This document shows, piece after piece, positions 9,621-17,433 of a stretch of DNA of 64,000 nucleotides. Origin of the DNA: an uncultured Bdellovibrionales bacterium. Its GTDB lineage: Bacteria; Patescibacteriota; Minisyncoccia; Moranbacterales; UBA1568. Position numbers and translations under genes: made by a program. Every line of letters begins with the position of its first letter. Positions within the stretch are counted from its first letter, which is position 1. The stretch covers positions 78,031 through 142,030 of the forward strand of contig CAYUIR010000001.1 in the NCBI GenBank assembly GCA_964444815.1. The letters are read 5' to 3'. The notes beneath the pieces are model-generated. The model searched no databases and was not told where the DNA came from. It saw only the letters and a list, made by a program, of their open reading frames with translations.

Positions 9621-10169
9621 ATGAACAAGACTCGAAGACTCTTTGTCGGCCTTCCGCTCTCGCGGGAGCTCAAGAAACGCCTCGTGCGTGAAATGGACGC
9701 TTTCCCAAAGGAAGCGTCGCTTTTGACACGCGAAGAGAATCTTCAAGTGACTGTCTTTTTCCTCGGGTTTGTCCATGAGGGAGAGGTGGCCGATGTCTGT
9801 GCCCGGGTTGGGGCCGTCTGTACGGATCTCGAAGCGTTCGAGCTTGCCTTTACCGGGATAGAGCTCATCGACAGTGATGAGAATCCCAAAAAGATAGAGC
9901 TCAAGGGAGAGGCCAGTGAAGGGCTCAAGTTACTGCGAGAAGAAATCGAAAAGGAGTTTGCTTCGTTTGTGACCGAGAAGAAACTCTACCGTCCGCATAT
10001 CACACTTGCCAAAATCAAGAAACAGCGTTGGCTCGCTTTGCCGGAGAAGCCCGTGCTCAAGGACAAACTGCACCTCATGGAACCAATTGACACGGTGTGT
10101 GTCTACGAAAGTCTCACTATCGACGGCAAACGTCGCTACGAACCGATTGACACCTTCTCGCTCAATTGA
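9621..10169 (+). CDS. thpR: 2H phosphoesterase (RNA 2',3'-cyclic phosphodiesterase ThpR/LigT family)
   Basis: RLFVGLPL N-terminus. Second HxTx motif is present (RPHITLAK). The first is QVTV instead of HxTx. Start set at ATG 9621. Confidence 0.7.
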   Translation: MNKTRRLFVGLPLSRELKKRLVREMDAFPKEASLLTREENLQVTVFFLGFVHEGEVADVCARVGAVCTDLEAFELAFTGIELIDSDENPKKIELKGEASEGLKLLREEIEKEFASFVTEKKLYRPHITLAKIKKQRWLALPEKPVLKDKLHLMEPIDTVCVYESLTIDGKRRYEPIDTFSLN

Positions 10170-10179
10170 AGCAGGAGAT

Positions 10180-10890
10180 ATGAATACAGAAATACTTGGT
10201 GTTGATGTGAGCAATACTTCGCGAGCAGAGATACTCGCTCAGGTGATGACACTTTTAGGTGAACCCAGGTTTCACCGCATTGCGACGGTTAATCCTGAGT
10301 TCTTGGTCATGGCCGATAATGACCCGGACTTTAAGCTATCACTCCTCTCGGCCGATCTGTGTGTAGCAGATGGCATCGGTATCGTACTCGCTGGACTACT
10401 CAAGGGAAAGAATGTCACACGATTTCCCGGTGCGGACCTCCTCCATGACATCCTCACCATCGCTGAACGAGATGAACATCCTGTCTTCCTCGCTATCAAA
10501 AAAGACGGTCTCTCTTCATATCAAGTAATCCGCGTGTCTCTTCTCAAAAGGTATCCGAAACTTTCTGTTGCGGGGGTAGAGGTTATCATGACGGAACCCT
10601 GGGAACACTACCAGCTAAAAGCCAAAAGCTATAAGCTCGTTTTGTGCAATTTCGGTGCCCCAGCCCAAGAACTCTTTCTCGAAAGTCTGCGAGTCAATCC
10701 GGGCAATATTCGTCTCGCTATGGGTGTAGGTGGTAGCTTCGACTTCCTGACTGGCAGACAAAAGCGCGCGCCGCAGTGGCTCCGTACCCTCGGCCTCGAA
10801 TGGCTCTGGCGCTTCATCCTCCAACCCAAACGTTTCATTCGTATCTGGAACGCAGTGGTCGTTTTTCCGCTCAAAGTATTGATTAAATAG
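10180..10890 (+). CDS. WecB/TagA/CpsF family glycosyltransferase
   Basis: ATVNPEFLVMA...ADLCVADGIGIV...LCNFGAPAQELF...GVGGSFDFLTG...RAPQW...GLEWLWR. GGAG Shine-Dalgarno 4 nt upstream of ATG 10180. Confidence 0.85.
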   Translation: MNTEILGVDVSNTSRAEILAQVMTLLGEPRFHRIATVNPEFLVMADNDPDFKLSLLSADLCVADGIGIVLAGLLKGKNVTRFPGADLLHDILTIAERDEHPVFLAIKKDGLSSYQVIRVSLLKRYPKLSVAGVEVIMTEPWEHYQLKAKSYKLVLCNFGAPAQELFLESLRVNPGNIRLAMGVGGSFDFLTGRQKRAPQWLRTLGLEWLWRFILQPKRFIRIWNAVVVFPLKVLIK

Positions 10891-10936
10891 TGAAAAAAGG
10901 TTATAATAAAGCCACAAATCCGTATAGTAGTGTTTT

Positions 10937-12433
10937 ATGTCAAACGTTCGAGTCAGATTTGCCCCATCGCCAACAGGATTTCTCCATGTTGGGAGTCTTC
11001 GGACTGCACTCTATAACTATCTTTTCGCCAAGAAGCAGGGTGGAACTTACGTTCTCCGCGTCGAGGACACCGACCAAAAGCGTTATGTTGAGGGCTCAAT
11101 GGAAAGCTTGATACGTTCTTTGGATAGCATGTTTGTCGGGGCTGACGAAGGGGTGGTGCTCGAAAACGATGCGGTCATAGAAAGGGGTGCTCATGGCCCG
11201 TATGAACAATCCAAGCGCCTGCCTCTATATCGTGAATACGTAGACAAACTATTGGCGAACAAACAAGCCTACTACTGTTTTTGCACGCATGAGCGACTCG
11301 AGGAGCTCCGGAATGAGCAGTCCAAAAATAAGCAAGCACCTAAATATGACAAGCGTTGCCTCGCTCTCACAATGATTGAGAGAGCAGCCAAGACTCATGA
11401 GGGTGCTCCATTTGTGGTTCGCCTCAACGTCAATCCGGAGCGGGGAGCAGTAGTGTTTCAGGATATGGTCCGAGGCAAAGTGAGTATTCACACCAAGGAT
11501 GTTGACGATCAGGTTCTCATGAAATCTGATGGTTTTCCGACCTATCACTTGGCCAACGTTGTTGATGATCACCTCATGCAAATTACACATGTCATTCGTG
11601 GTGAAGAATGGCTCCCAAGTACTCCGAAGCACGTCCTTCTCTACGAAGCGTTTGGATGGGAAGCGCCACAGTTTGCGCATCTGCCGCTCCTCCTCAATGC
11701 AGACAAAAGCAAGCTCTCGAAGCGTCAGGGTGATGTGGCAGTGGAGGACTACCTTAAAAAAGGCTATCTCAAAGAAGCGCTCCTTAACTTTGTCGCGCTC
11801 CTTGGATGGAATCCTGGGAAGGGGAGTACCCGGGAAATATTCTCTCTCGATGAATTGGTGGAGGCATTTGATTTCGCTCAGATCCATAAAGGTGGCGCTG
11901 TCTTTGACTTGAAGAAGCTCGACTGGATGAATGGTGAATACCTGAAGAAACTCTCTGTCGATGAGCTCTACACTCGGGCGCTTGAGTTTGGCCAGTTTCA
12001 AAACGAATTTTTTGCGACGGTAGGGGAAGCATTGAAATCCGAGACTTATCTCAAACGTGTCCTGACCGTCGAGCGTGATCGACTGGCCCGTCTCACAGAC
12101 ATTGGGCTCCACAATCCCTTCTTCTTTGTTTTGGGGGAATATGAGGCCAAGATGCTCAACTGGAAAGACAATGATGCCAGTATGACGCGTGCTTCTTTGG
12201 AACAAGCAGAGAAGCTCCTTGAGAACTTTGACGATGCTACCTGGTCAACCCTCACTCTCGTTGAAGAAAAATTGCTCGCGGAAGCTGGCGATAAGCGTGG
12301 TGACTTTCTCTGGCCACTTCGGGTAGCACTCACCGGAGCCGAACGTTCACCTTCACCAGGCCAGGTTGCCTGGGTTCTTGGGAAAGCCGAGAGTCTCGCA
12401 CGCCTCAAACAAGCCATCGCCAAGCTGGTGTAG
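10937..12433 (+). CDS. gltX: glutamyl-tRNA synthetase
   Basis: RFAPSPTGFLHVGSLRTALYNY (HIGH region) and KLSKRQG (KMSKS). Confidence 0.95.
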   Translation: MSNVRVRFAPSPTGFLHVGSLRTALYNYLFAKKQGGTYVLRVEDTDQKRYVEGSMESLIRSLDSMFVGADEGVVLENDAVIERGAHGPYEQSKRLPLYREYVDKLLANKQAYYCFCTHERLEELRNEQSKNKQAPKYDKRCLALTMIERAAKTHEGAPFVVRLNVNPERGAVVFQDMVRGKVSIHTKDVDDQVLMKSDGFPTYHLANVVDDHLMQITHVIRGEEWLPSTPKHVLLYEAFGWEAPQFAHLPLLLNADKSKLSKRQGDVAVEDYLKKGYLKEALLNFVALLGWNPGKGSTREIFSLDELVEAFDFAQIHKGGAVFDLKKLDWMNGEYLKKLSVDELYTRALEFGQFQNEFFATVGEALKSETYLKRVLTVERDRLARLTDIGLHNPFFFVLGEYEAKMLNWKDNDASMTRASLEQAEKLLENFDDATWSTLTLVEEKLLAEAGDKRGDFLWPLRVALTGAERSPSPGQVAWVLGKAESLARLKQAIAKLV

Positions 12434-12487
12434 TACCAGATATGGGTATGGTATACTGAGAGTTACGGAGCTTGACCAAAACCAACC

Positions 12488-13741
12488 ATGCCCAAAAGAA
12501 ATACTTTCATTCAATCATTTTTTCTCCTCGCGCTTCTCTCTGGAGGCCTGGTTTCTACGTTTTTGGTCCGGGCGAGTGATAGTGTGACGACGCTCTCTGA
12601 TGCCCAGCAAAAGGCGCTCGAAGACAAGGAGGACGAGCTCGAGGAAATTGACGCCAAGATCAAGGCCTACAAACAGATTATCGATCTCAAACAGCGACAG
12701 GGGGCTACACTCGCCGAACAAATCGAAGGGCTACAGGCCCAGGTAGACAAGCTCGAACTTGAGATCAAGACAACAACCAAACAAATCAACGAGCTGGAAG
12801 GGCAGATTCGGGACTTGTCGCTCCGCGTCGCTGAGAAAAGCATTCTGATTGACCGTCAAAAGCGTATCCTCTCTGAGCTCATGCGTGTCTACTATAGCGA
12901 GTACTCGGGTGACAGTCAGCCGGTATTTTTGGCTTCGGCTGAGAGCCTGCTGTATTTCAAAACCGAGGGCTGGACCGCAAGTATCAGCGACCGAGTGAGC
13001 GAGCTCCTCGATTCCGTCAAAACTCTCCGTGATAGCCTCACCAAAGAGCAACAAGAAGTGAGTGAGAAAAAGGCGGAGGTGGATGCCCTCTACAAGGATC
13101 TTGCCGGTCGCAATGCCAATCTCGAAGCCACCAAAAAAAGTAAAGCATCACTTCTCGCCAAGACGCAGGCCGAAGAAACCAAGTATGATGGCCTTGTCGA
13201 TGACCTCCAGAAACAGCGCGATGATATCGAGAATGAAATCAATGACTTGGAATCCGGACTCTCGACGGATGGACTGCCGAGCTCGTCAAAGAGCCTGCTC
13301 GCGTACCCGGTGAAAAGCGTCAAAATTACTCAGAATTATGGCAAGACAAGCTTTTCCAAGAAGGCCTATGCCTCTGGCAAACACAACGGCGTGGACTTTG
13401 GTGGACCCTACGGCACGACAATTTATGCCGCCGCCGATGGCAAGGTGATCGGTATCGGAAATCTTGGTAAATATGCCTACGGTCGATGGATCGCTATCGA
13501 CCATGACAACGGTATGATTACGCTTTACGGCCACTTGAGCTCTCAGAGCGTCAGTAAAGGAGATAAAGTATCAAAAGGGGAGCAGATTGGCAAAATGGGG
13601 AGTACTGGTTATTCCACCGGGAACCACCTCCATTTCACTGTTTTCTCAGAAAAATCCTACGATGTCGTACCATCGAAGACCGTGAAAGGTCTCAATATTC
13701 CGATTGGTGCCACCGTCAATCCGATGAACTATCTGCCATAA
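12488..13741 (+). CDS. M23 family metallopeptidase with long N-terminal coiled coil (EnvC-like)
   Basis: Signal/TM, about 250 aa of heptad-rich sequence, then HNGVDFGGPYGTTIYAAADGKV...STGNHLHFTV. Confidence 0.85.
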   Translation: MPKRNTFIQSFFLLALLSGGLVSTFLVRASDSVTTLSDAQQKALEDKEDELEEIDAKIKAYKQIIDLKQRQGATLAEQIEGLQAQVDKLELEIKTTTKQINELEGQIRDLSLRVAEKSILIDRQKRILSELMRVYYSEYSGDSQPVFLASAESLLYFKTEGWTASISDRVSELLDSVKTLRDSLTKEQQEVSEKKAEVDALYKDLAGRNANLEATKKSKASLLAKTQAEETKYDGLVDDLQKQRDDIENEINDLESGLSTDGLPSSSKSLLAYPVKSVKITQNYGKTSFSKKAYASGKHNGVDFGGPYGTTIYAAADGKVIGIGNLGKYAYGRWIAIDHDNGMITLYGHLSSQSVSKGDKVSKGEQIGKMGSTGYSTGNHLHFTVFSEKSYDVVPSKTVKGLNIPIGATVNPMNYLP

Positions 13742-13779
13742 GCGGCTTTTATAGCTTCTTAGAAGAAAGAATCACCAGA

Positions 13780-14541
13780 ATGAAGAATAAATCATTCCCA
13801 ATCAGAACACGTTTTGCAAAGGACATCGTAGCGGAAGTACAGTTGCCAGAGCGCCAAATTGGGAAGATAGCTATTATTGCGAGCGGACTCCCCTCTGCCC
13901 CTGTTAAAAAGGAGTTTCTGCACTTTCTAGCTGCGCATGGTTATGTCGTTATCTTTCCTCGCTACCGCGGTACTTGGGAGAGCGATGGTGCATTTTTACG
14001 TGAATCGCCAGCGAAGGACATCGCTGATATTCTTTCTCAACTTGCGAAGAAGAAAAGCATTGTAGATCTCTTCACCAAAGAGAATATTTCTATAAAAGTT
14101 TCGACAGTTCATTTGTTCGGCTCATCATTTGGAGGACCGGCCGTACTACTAAATAGCAAGCATCCACTGGTCAAAAAAGTTATTGCTATTGCTCCTGTTA
14201 CAAATTGGCGTGTCGAAGGGGAGTCTGAGTCTTTTGTAGAGCATGTTCGTTCTACTCAGGCGACATTTGGTATGGCCTTTCGTCCGAATCATGATGGTGA
14301 TTGGTTGAAATTAATCCGGACTAATTTTTATAATCCCATTGATCATCTCGATCAAATCGATGGCAGTAAAGTCTTCATCATTCATGCTCAAGACGACACG
14401 CTTGTTCCAATCAGACCCTCGGTTGATTTCGCACAAAAAACACAATCAGCCATTTATATCAAACCGAGTGGCGGACATGGACTTCGTATGACCCACGGAT
14501 TTCTTTGGAAGAAAGTTGAGGCCTTTCTCAAGAAGCGATAG
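13780..14541 (+). CDS. alpha/beta hydrolase (S9/dienelactone-hydrolase-like)
   Basis: Nucleophile elbow GSSFGG, acid HAQDDTLVP, His in SGGHGL. Confidence 0.7.
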   Translation: MKNKSFPIRTRFAKDIVAEVQLPERQIGKIAIIASGLPSAPVKKEFLHFLAAHGYVVIFPRYRGTWESDGAFLRESPAKDIADILSQLAKKKSIVDLFTKENISIKVSTVHLFGSSFGGPAVLLNSKHPLVKKVIAIAPVTNWRVEGESESFVEHVRSTQATFGMAFRPNHDGDWLKLIRTNFYNPIDHLDQIDGSKVFIIHAQDDTLVPIRPSVDFAQKTQSAIYIKPSGGHGLRMTHGFLWKKVEAFLKKR

Positions 14542-14560
14542 CAATAAAAATTTGACATGA

Positions 14561-14602
14561 GACTCCCCTGGCGATTTTTTGAAAAAAGAGGGGAGTCTTT
14601 TT
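14561..14602 (+). terminator. rho-independent terminator after the hydrolase gene
   Basis: GACTCCCCT (14561-69) pairs with AGGGGAGTC (14589-97), followed by TTTTTA. Confidence 0.75.
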
Positions 14603-14856
14603 ATGCTCCGTACTATTGATAATACATCAAAATATTCGGATCGTTTTGATGGTATCTTTATCTCATGTCTGAGTATTCATGATTCAAGCAAAGGAGGAGG
14701 GATAGATGTATACCCCCGTAGATTCAAATGCCTCACAATCGATTATACGCATTCGTATATTCATAAAAATACAAAGCGCCAGTGGAGTACGATGATTGTA
14801 CGTGGTAGCGGATTATCTCTCTCTGGCTCTTCCTTACGTAATGTCCTATAAGTTAC

Positions 14857-14900
14857 ATTGTGAGACGTATAGACAATACTTCTCTCAAATAAGCCACGGA
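14857..14900 (+). repeat. direct repeat R1 (left copy) flanking AT-rich island I
   Basis: ATTGTGAGACGTATAGACAATACTTCTCTCAAATAAGCCACGGA. 42/44 identical to 16922-16965, with weaker similarity for about 150 nt further. Confidence 0.85.
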
Positions 14901-15095
14901 TCAAAGCTCGGTCTGGATATACCCTGTACCCATGACATACGCCACGCGTCTTTCCCCTACTACGATGGTCGGAAAAAACGAGAGTGGTATTTTGAATAAT
15001 AAAACAGAATGTAGCAAAAAATCTTCGAAAAAATCACTTCAATTTCGTAACCACCCCCCCCTACTTTTTCTTGCTTTGCGGGGGATTTACTAGAA

Positions 15096-15125
15096 AATAA
15101 AAAAGCCATCACTACAGATAGATGG
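15096..15125 (-). terminator. terminator of the ImmA-like/TM operon
   Basis: CCATC (15106-10) pairs with GATGG (15121-25). On the minus strand it is followed by a T-run. Confidence 0.6.
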
Positions 15126-15141
15126 TTTCTATAGGTCGACT

Positions 15142-15525
15142 CTATTTATTAGAATACGGATGGTTATTATATTTAATATCTGTAAAAATCCATCTCACCA
15201 TTATTTTTACGATTAAGACCGTTTCTCCCAGAGTGCCTAATGTTAATACTGAAAGAAAAGGCTGTAAATCAAAGACGTATGGTGAGTCTTTATACGTATA
15301 AAATATTACCCATATAAATACATACGTGATAATATTCTGCACCAACAGAAAAATAGGAAAAGCATATGCAAAAAACTTTCTGATGGTAAGTTTAAAAGCG
15401 GCATCTTTTTGCCATGTCTCCATTATAGAGGCAATGGCCTGATCTTTTTTGCTAGAAAAAACTTCCGCTTGTTCGGAGTAACTGAAATCACCGTTGTCTT
15501 CTGTTATTTGTGGTTCAGCAGGCAT
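15142..15525 (-). CDS. small membrane protein (2-3 TM), translationally coupled to the ImmA-like protease
   Basis: 127 aa. Acidic N-terminus then hydrophobic helices (FAYAFPIFLLVQNIITYVFIWVIFY; FLSVLTLGTLGETVLIV). Start overlaps the upstream stop by 11 nt. Confidence 0.6.
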   Translation of the reverse strand: MPAEPQITEDNGDFSYSEQAEVFSSKKDQAIASIMETWQKDAAFKLTIRKFFAYAFPIFLLVQNIITYVFIWVIFYTYKDSPYVFDLQPFLSVLTLGTLGETVLIVKIMVRWIFTDIKYNNHPYSNK

Positions 15526-16027
15526 AATCAGTTAATCCAAGATTTTTCAATCTATAAGCCATTGCAGTTTGGGAAACACCAAAGACACTTGCAATTAATG
15601 TTACATCCTTGGTTTTTGACCACCATATTTCTATTAAAGGTTTCGGCATCAGTAGACTTGCAGCAAAAGTATTTGCTTCTGCTTCTTCAGTCTTATCCTG
15701 CATTTCTAGATTCACAGTGTCTAGTCTCCAAAAAGTGTCTTTTTGTTTATCTTTGTGTAAGATGTAGTGCCCTAATTCATGAGCAATAGTAAATGACACT
15801 CTAGGAAAATACTCACCATCTGCAACATATATAGTTTTTGATACTCGATCTAGCTGTCCTAAAGCATCGGGTTCAGAAAAGTTAACCTTTTTTAAGGACA
15901 GGCCATATTTTTTAGCAACTTTCCCCAGATCTACTGGCGGAACAATTTGTTCTTCGCCATAAACTTCCGCAAGAACATCGGCTGCTTGAGCTTCTAAAGT
16001 ATTGAGTTTTTCTTGGCTGAGTTTCAT
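15515..16027 (-). CDS. ImmA/IrrE-family (COG2856-like) zinc metallopeptidase
   Basis: HEXXH as AHELGHYILH, downstream EEAEANTFAASLLMP, and a C-terminal VFGVSQTAMAYRLKNLGL tail typical of the family. Confidence 0.75.
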   Translation of the reverse strand: MKLSQEKLNTLEAQAADVLAEVYGEEQIVPPVDLGKVAKKYGLSLKKVNFSEPDALGQLDRVSKTIYVADGEYFPRVSFTIAHELGHYILHKDKQKDTFWRLDTVNLEMQDKTEEAEANTFAASLLMPKPLIEIWWSKTKDVTLIASVFGVSQTAMAYRLKNLGLTDYAC

Positions 16028-16111
16028 ATATAACTAGTTTACTACGCTTTCAGTATACCACAGGGATTGTTCCCTTTCCGCCTATTGAGTAGGTGTTATT
16101 TTTTCTATCTA

Positions 16112-16786
16112 CTAAGGAGTTGAAGATGGCGTCGTAGTAGGAATTTTATTTGGAAACTCGTAGATGATTTTTAGTAACATTTCAACAAAAGAGAGAAGAT
16201 TTTTTGCTTCTTCTTCAGTCATGATTGTAATCTCGTGATTAGCTTCATTTCCCTTTTGACGAATGTGGTCTACCCACCCTTTCGATGCCGGTGGAATATA
16301 GTTCTCATCAGATAGATATTCAACGTATTGAAGAAAGTTCAAATTTTGTGCGGCACCTTTATCTACAGCAACATGCATGAGTAGTTTTCGGCAAGATAGT
16401 ACCGTTGCAGTAAATGCATTTTTCGAATAAGCATCCCTTGCTTCTGTATAGAGATTTTTTACACCGTTGTCCGTAATTCCATTTACATCCCCACCTGGCC
16501 TAATACCAGGAGTTTGTTTTCTAGCTGCATCAAAAAATGTTGGCCTATAACAGTGATGGCAAATGTAAATTTCACCTTTTCTATCTCCACGACCATCTTC
16601 AAGTTCCCCTCGAAAAAAACCAACATTTGAAGCTAAGGAATTATTACAATAGCCACATGTATAGCTTTTTGAATTGAGAATACTCGTATTACTCCAAAAA
16701 TAGCTCATTCCATTAAAACGCTCAATATATTTATATCTTATTATACCACCAAAAATATAGTTGTAATATTTGATAAAATATGACAT
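16112..16786 (-). CDS. zinc-ribbon + DUF4145-like domain protein
   Basis: CGYC...CHHC ribbon, then a helical C-terminal domain (LSCRKLLMHVAVDKGA...WVDHIRQKGNEANHE...EEAKNLLSFVEMLLKIIYE) recalled as DUF4145. The start could be the second MSYF (16708). Confidence 0.55.
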   Translation of the reverse strand: MSYFIKYYNYIFGGIIRYKYIERFNGMSYFWSNTSILNSKSYTCGYCNNSLASNVGFFRGELEDGRGDRKGEIYICHHCYRPTFFDAARKQTPGIRPGGDVNGITDNGVKNLYTEARDAYSKNAFTATVLSCRKLLMHVAVDKGAAQNLNFLQYVEYLSDENYIPPASKGWVDHIRQKGNEANHEITIMTEEEAKNLLSFVEMLLKIIYEFPNKIPTTTPSSTP

Positions 16787-16827
16787 ATTCTTAAAATTAT
16801 ATTTATGTTCCTTTATTTAAGCCTTTT

Positions 16828-16851
16828 GTCCTTTAAATGAAATTAAAGGAC
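16828..16851. promoter_or_regulatory. 9-bp perfect inverted repeat upstream of the DUF4145 gene
   Basis: GTCCTTTAA-ATGAAA-TTAAAGGAC, 42 nt upstream of ATG 16786. Confidence 0.5.
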
Positions 16852-16921
16852 ATTTTTGTTTTAGGAGAAAACCGACTCAATTTATTTCTATTTTTACTGC
16901 CCTGCTGGTCGTTTAACTAGA

Positions 16922-16965
16922 ATTGTGAGACGTATAAACAATACTTCTCTCAAACAAGCCACGGA
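16922..16965 (+). repeat. direct repeat R2 (right copy) flanking AT-rich island I
   Basis: ATTGTGAGACGTATAAACAATACTTCTCTCAAACAAGCCACGGA. 42/44 identical to R1. Confidence 0.85.
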
Positions 16966-17127
16966 CTAAAAAGATACAGTACCGCATGTGTATTGCGCTC
17001 GATTTCCTGTTTATCCCCCTGCCCAGATGGCGTCAGATTTCAATGAGTACTTTTAAATATTGAATGAGGAAAGTTTCGGAAATTTTATGGTAAAAAATAT
17101 CGCGAGTTTTATATGCTACCCCCTACT

Positions 17128-17159
17128 GAAAATGAAAATTCCGGTGGTGGAGTCCGGAA
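17128..17159 (-). terminator. hairpin + T-run downstream of the 39-aa ORF
   Basis: TTCCGG (17139-44) pairs with CCGGAA (17154-59). The minus strand continues TTTTCATTTTC. Confidence 0.55.
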
Positions 17160-17207
17160 ATTAAAAAAAGCCCCGTGAATACGGAGCTTGGCGTTCAATT
17201 TGATTCT

Positions 17208-17327
17208 TTAGCGGAAGGCTCGGAGGACCAAGATGACGAGGATGACGACTACAGCGAGGCCGACACAACCACAGCCACGTCGACGACGGAGGCCACCTCC
17301 TATACTATTACGAAATCTTCCAAACAT
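17208..17327 (-). CDS. possible 39-aa basic/hydrophobic peptide (MFGRFRNSIGGGLRRRRGCGCVGLAVVVILVILVLRAFR)
   Basis: ATG 17327, stop 17208. Sits between two minus-strand terminators. No clear Shine-Dalgarno. An acidic ORF (17175-17384) lies antisense to it. Confidence 0.3.
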   Translation of the reverse strand: MFGRFRNSIGGGLRRRRGCGCVGLAVVVILVILVLRAFR

Positions 17328-17390
17328 ATGAGCATGCAAATGACTTATTTTGTATACAATAAGTATATCACAACTCCAATCTGAGTAAGA

Positions 17391-17418
17391 AAAAACCGGT
17401 CGGTACGCGATGCGTACC
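17391..17418 (-). terminator. terminator of the GGDEF gene
   Basis: GGTACGC-GAT-GCGTACC (17402-17418). The minus strand continues GACCGGTTTTTTTC. Confidence 0.75.
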
Positions 17419-17433
17419 TTCCGGTGGTCGGTT

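Noticed and set aside
14579-14999. Track ORFs 14579-14851 (90 aa) and 14796-14999 (67 aa) as genes of island I.
   Set aside because: The first starts inside the terminator hairpin with a non-ATG start and has no Shine-Dalgarno. The second runs through repeat R1, whose R2 counterpart is not open in that frame.
14857-16965. The conserved 44-mer of repeats R1/R2 as a coding sequence. The plus frame gives CETY(R/K)QYFSQ(I/T)SHG and the minus frame gives RGLFERSIVYTSHN.
   Set aside because: In R2 the plus frame has a TAG immediately upstream and no start codon. In the minus frame both substitutions are synonymous, but R1 has no Met in the open frame and R2 gives only a 24-aa ORF. Two substitutions are too few to infer selection.
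17175-17384. The 69-aa acidic plus-strand ORF (GTG start) as the real gene of this unit.
   Set aside because: Both flanking hairpins have their T-runs on the minus strand, and there is no plus-strand terminator or Shine-Dalgarno. It is kept only as an alternative in the finding.
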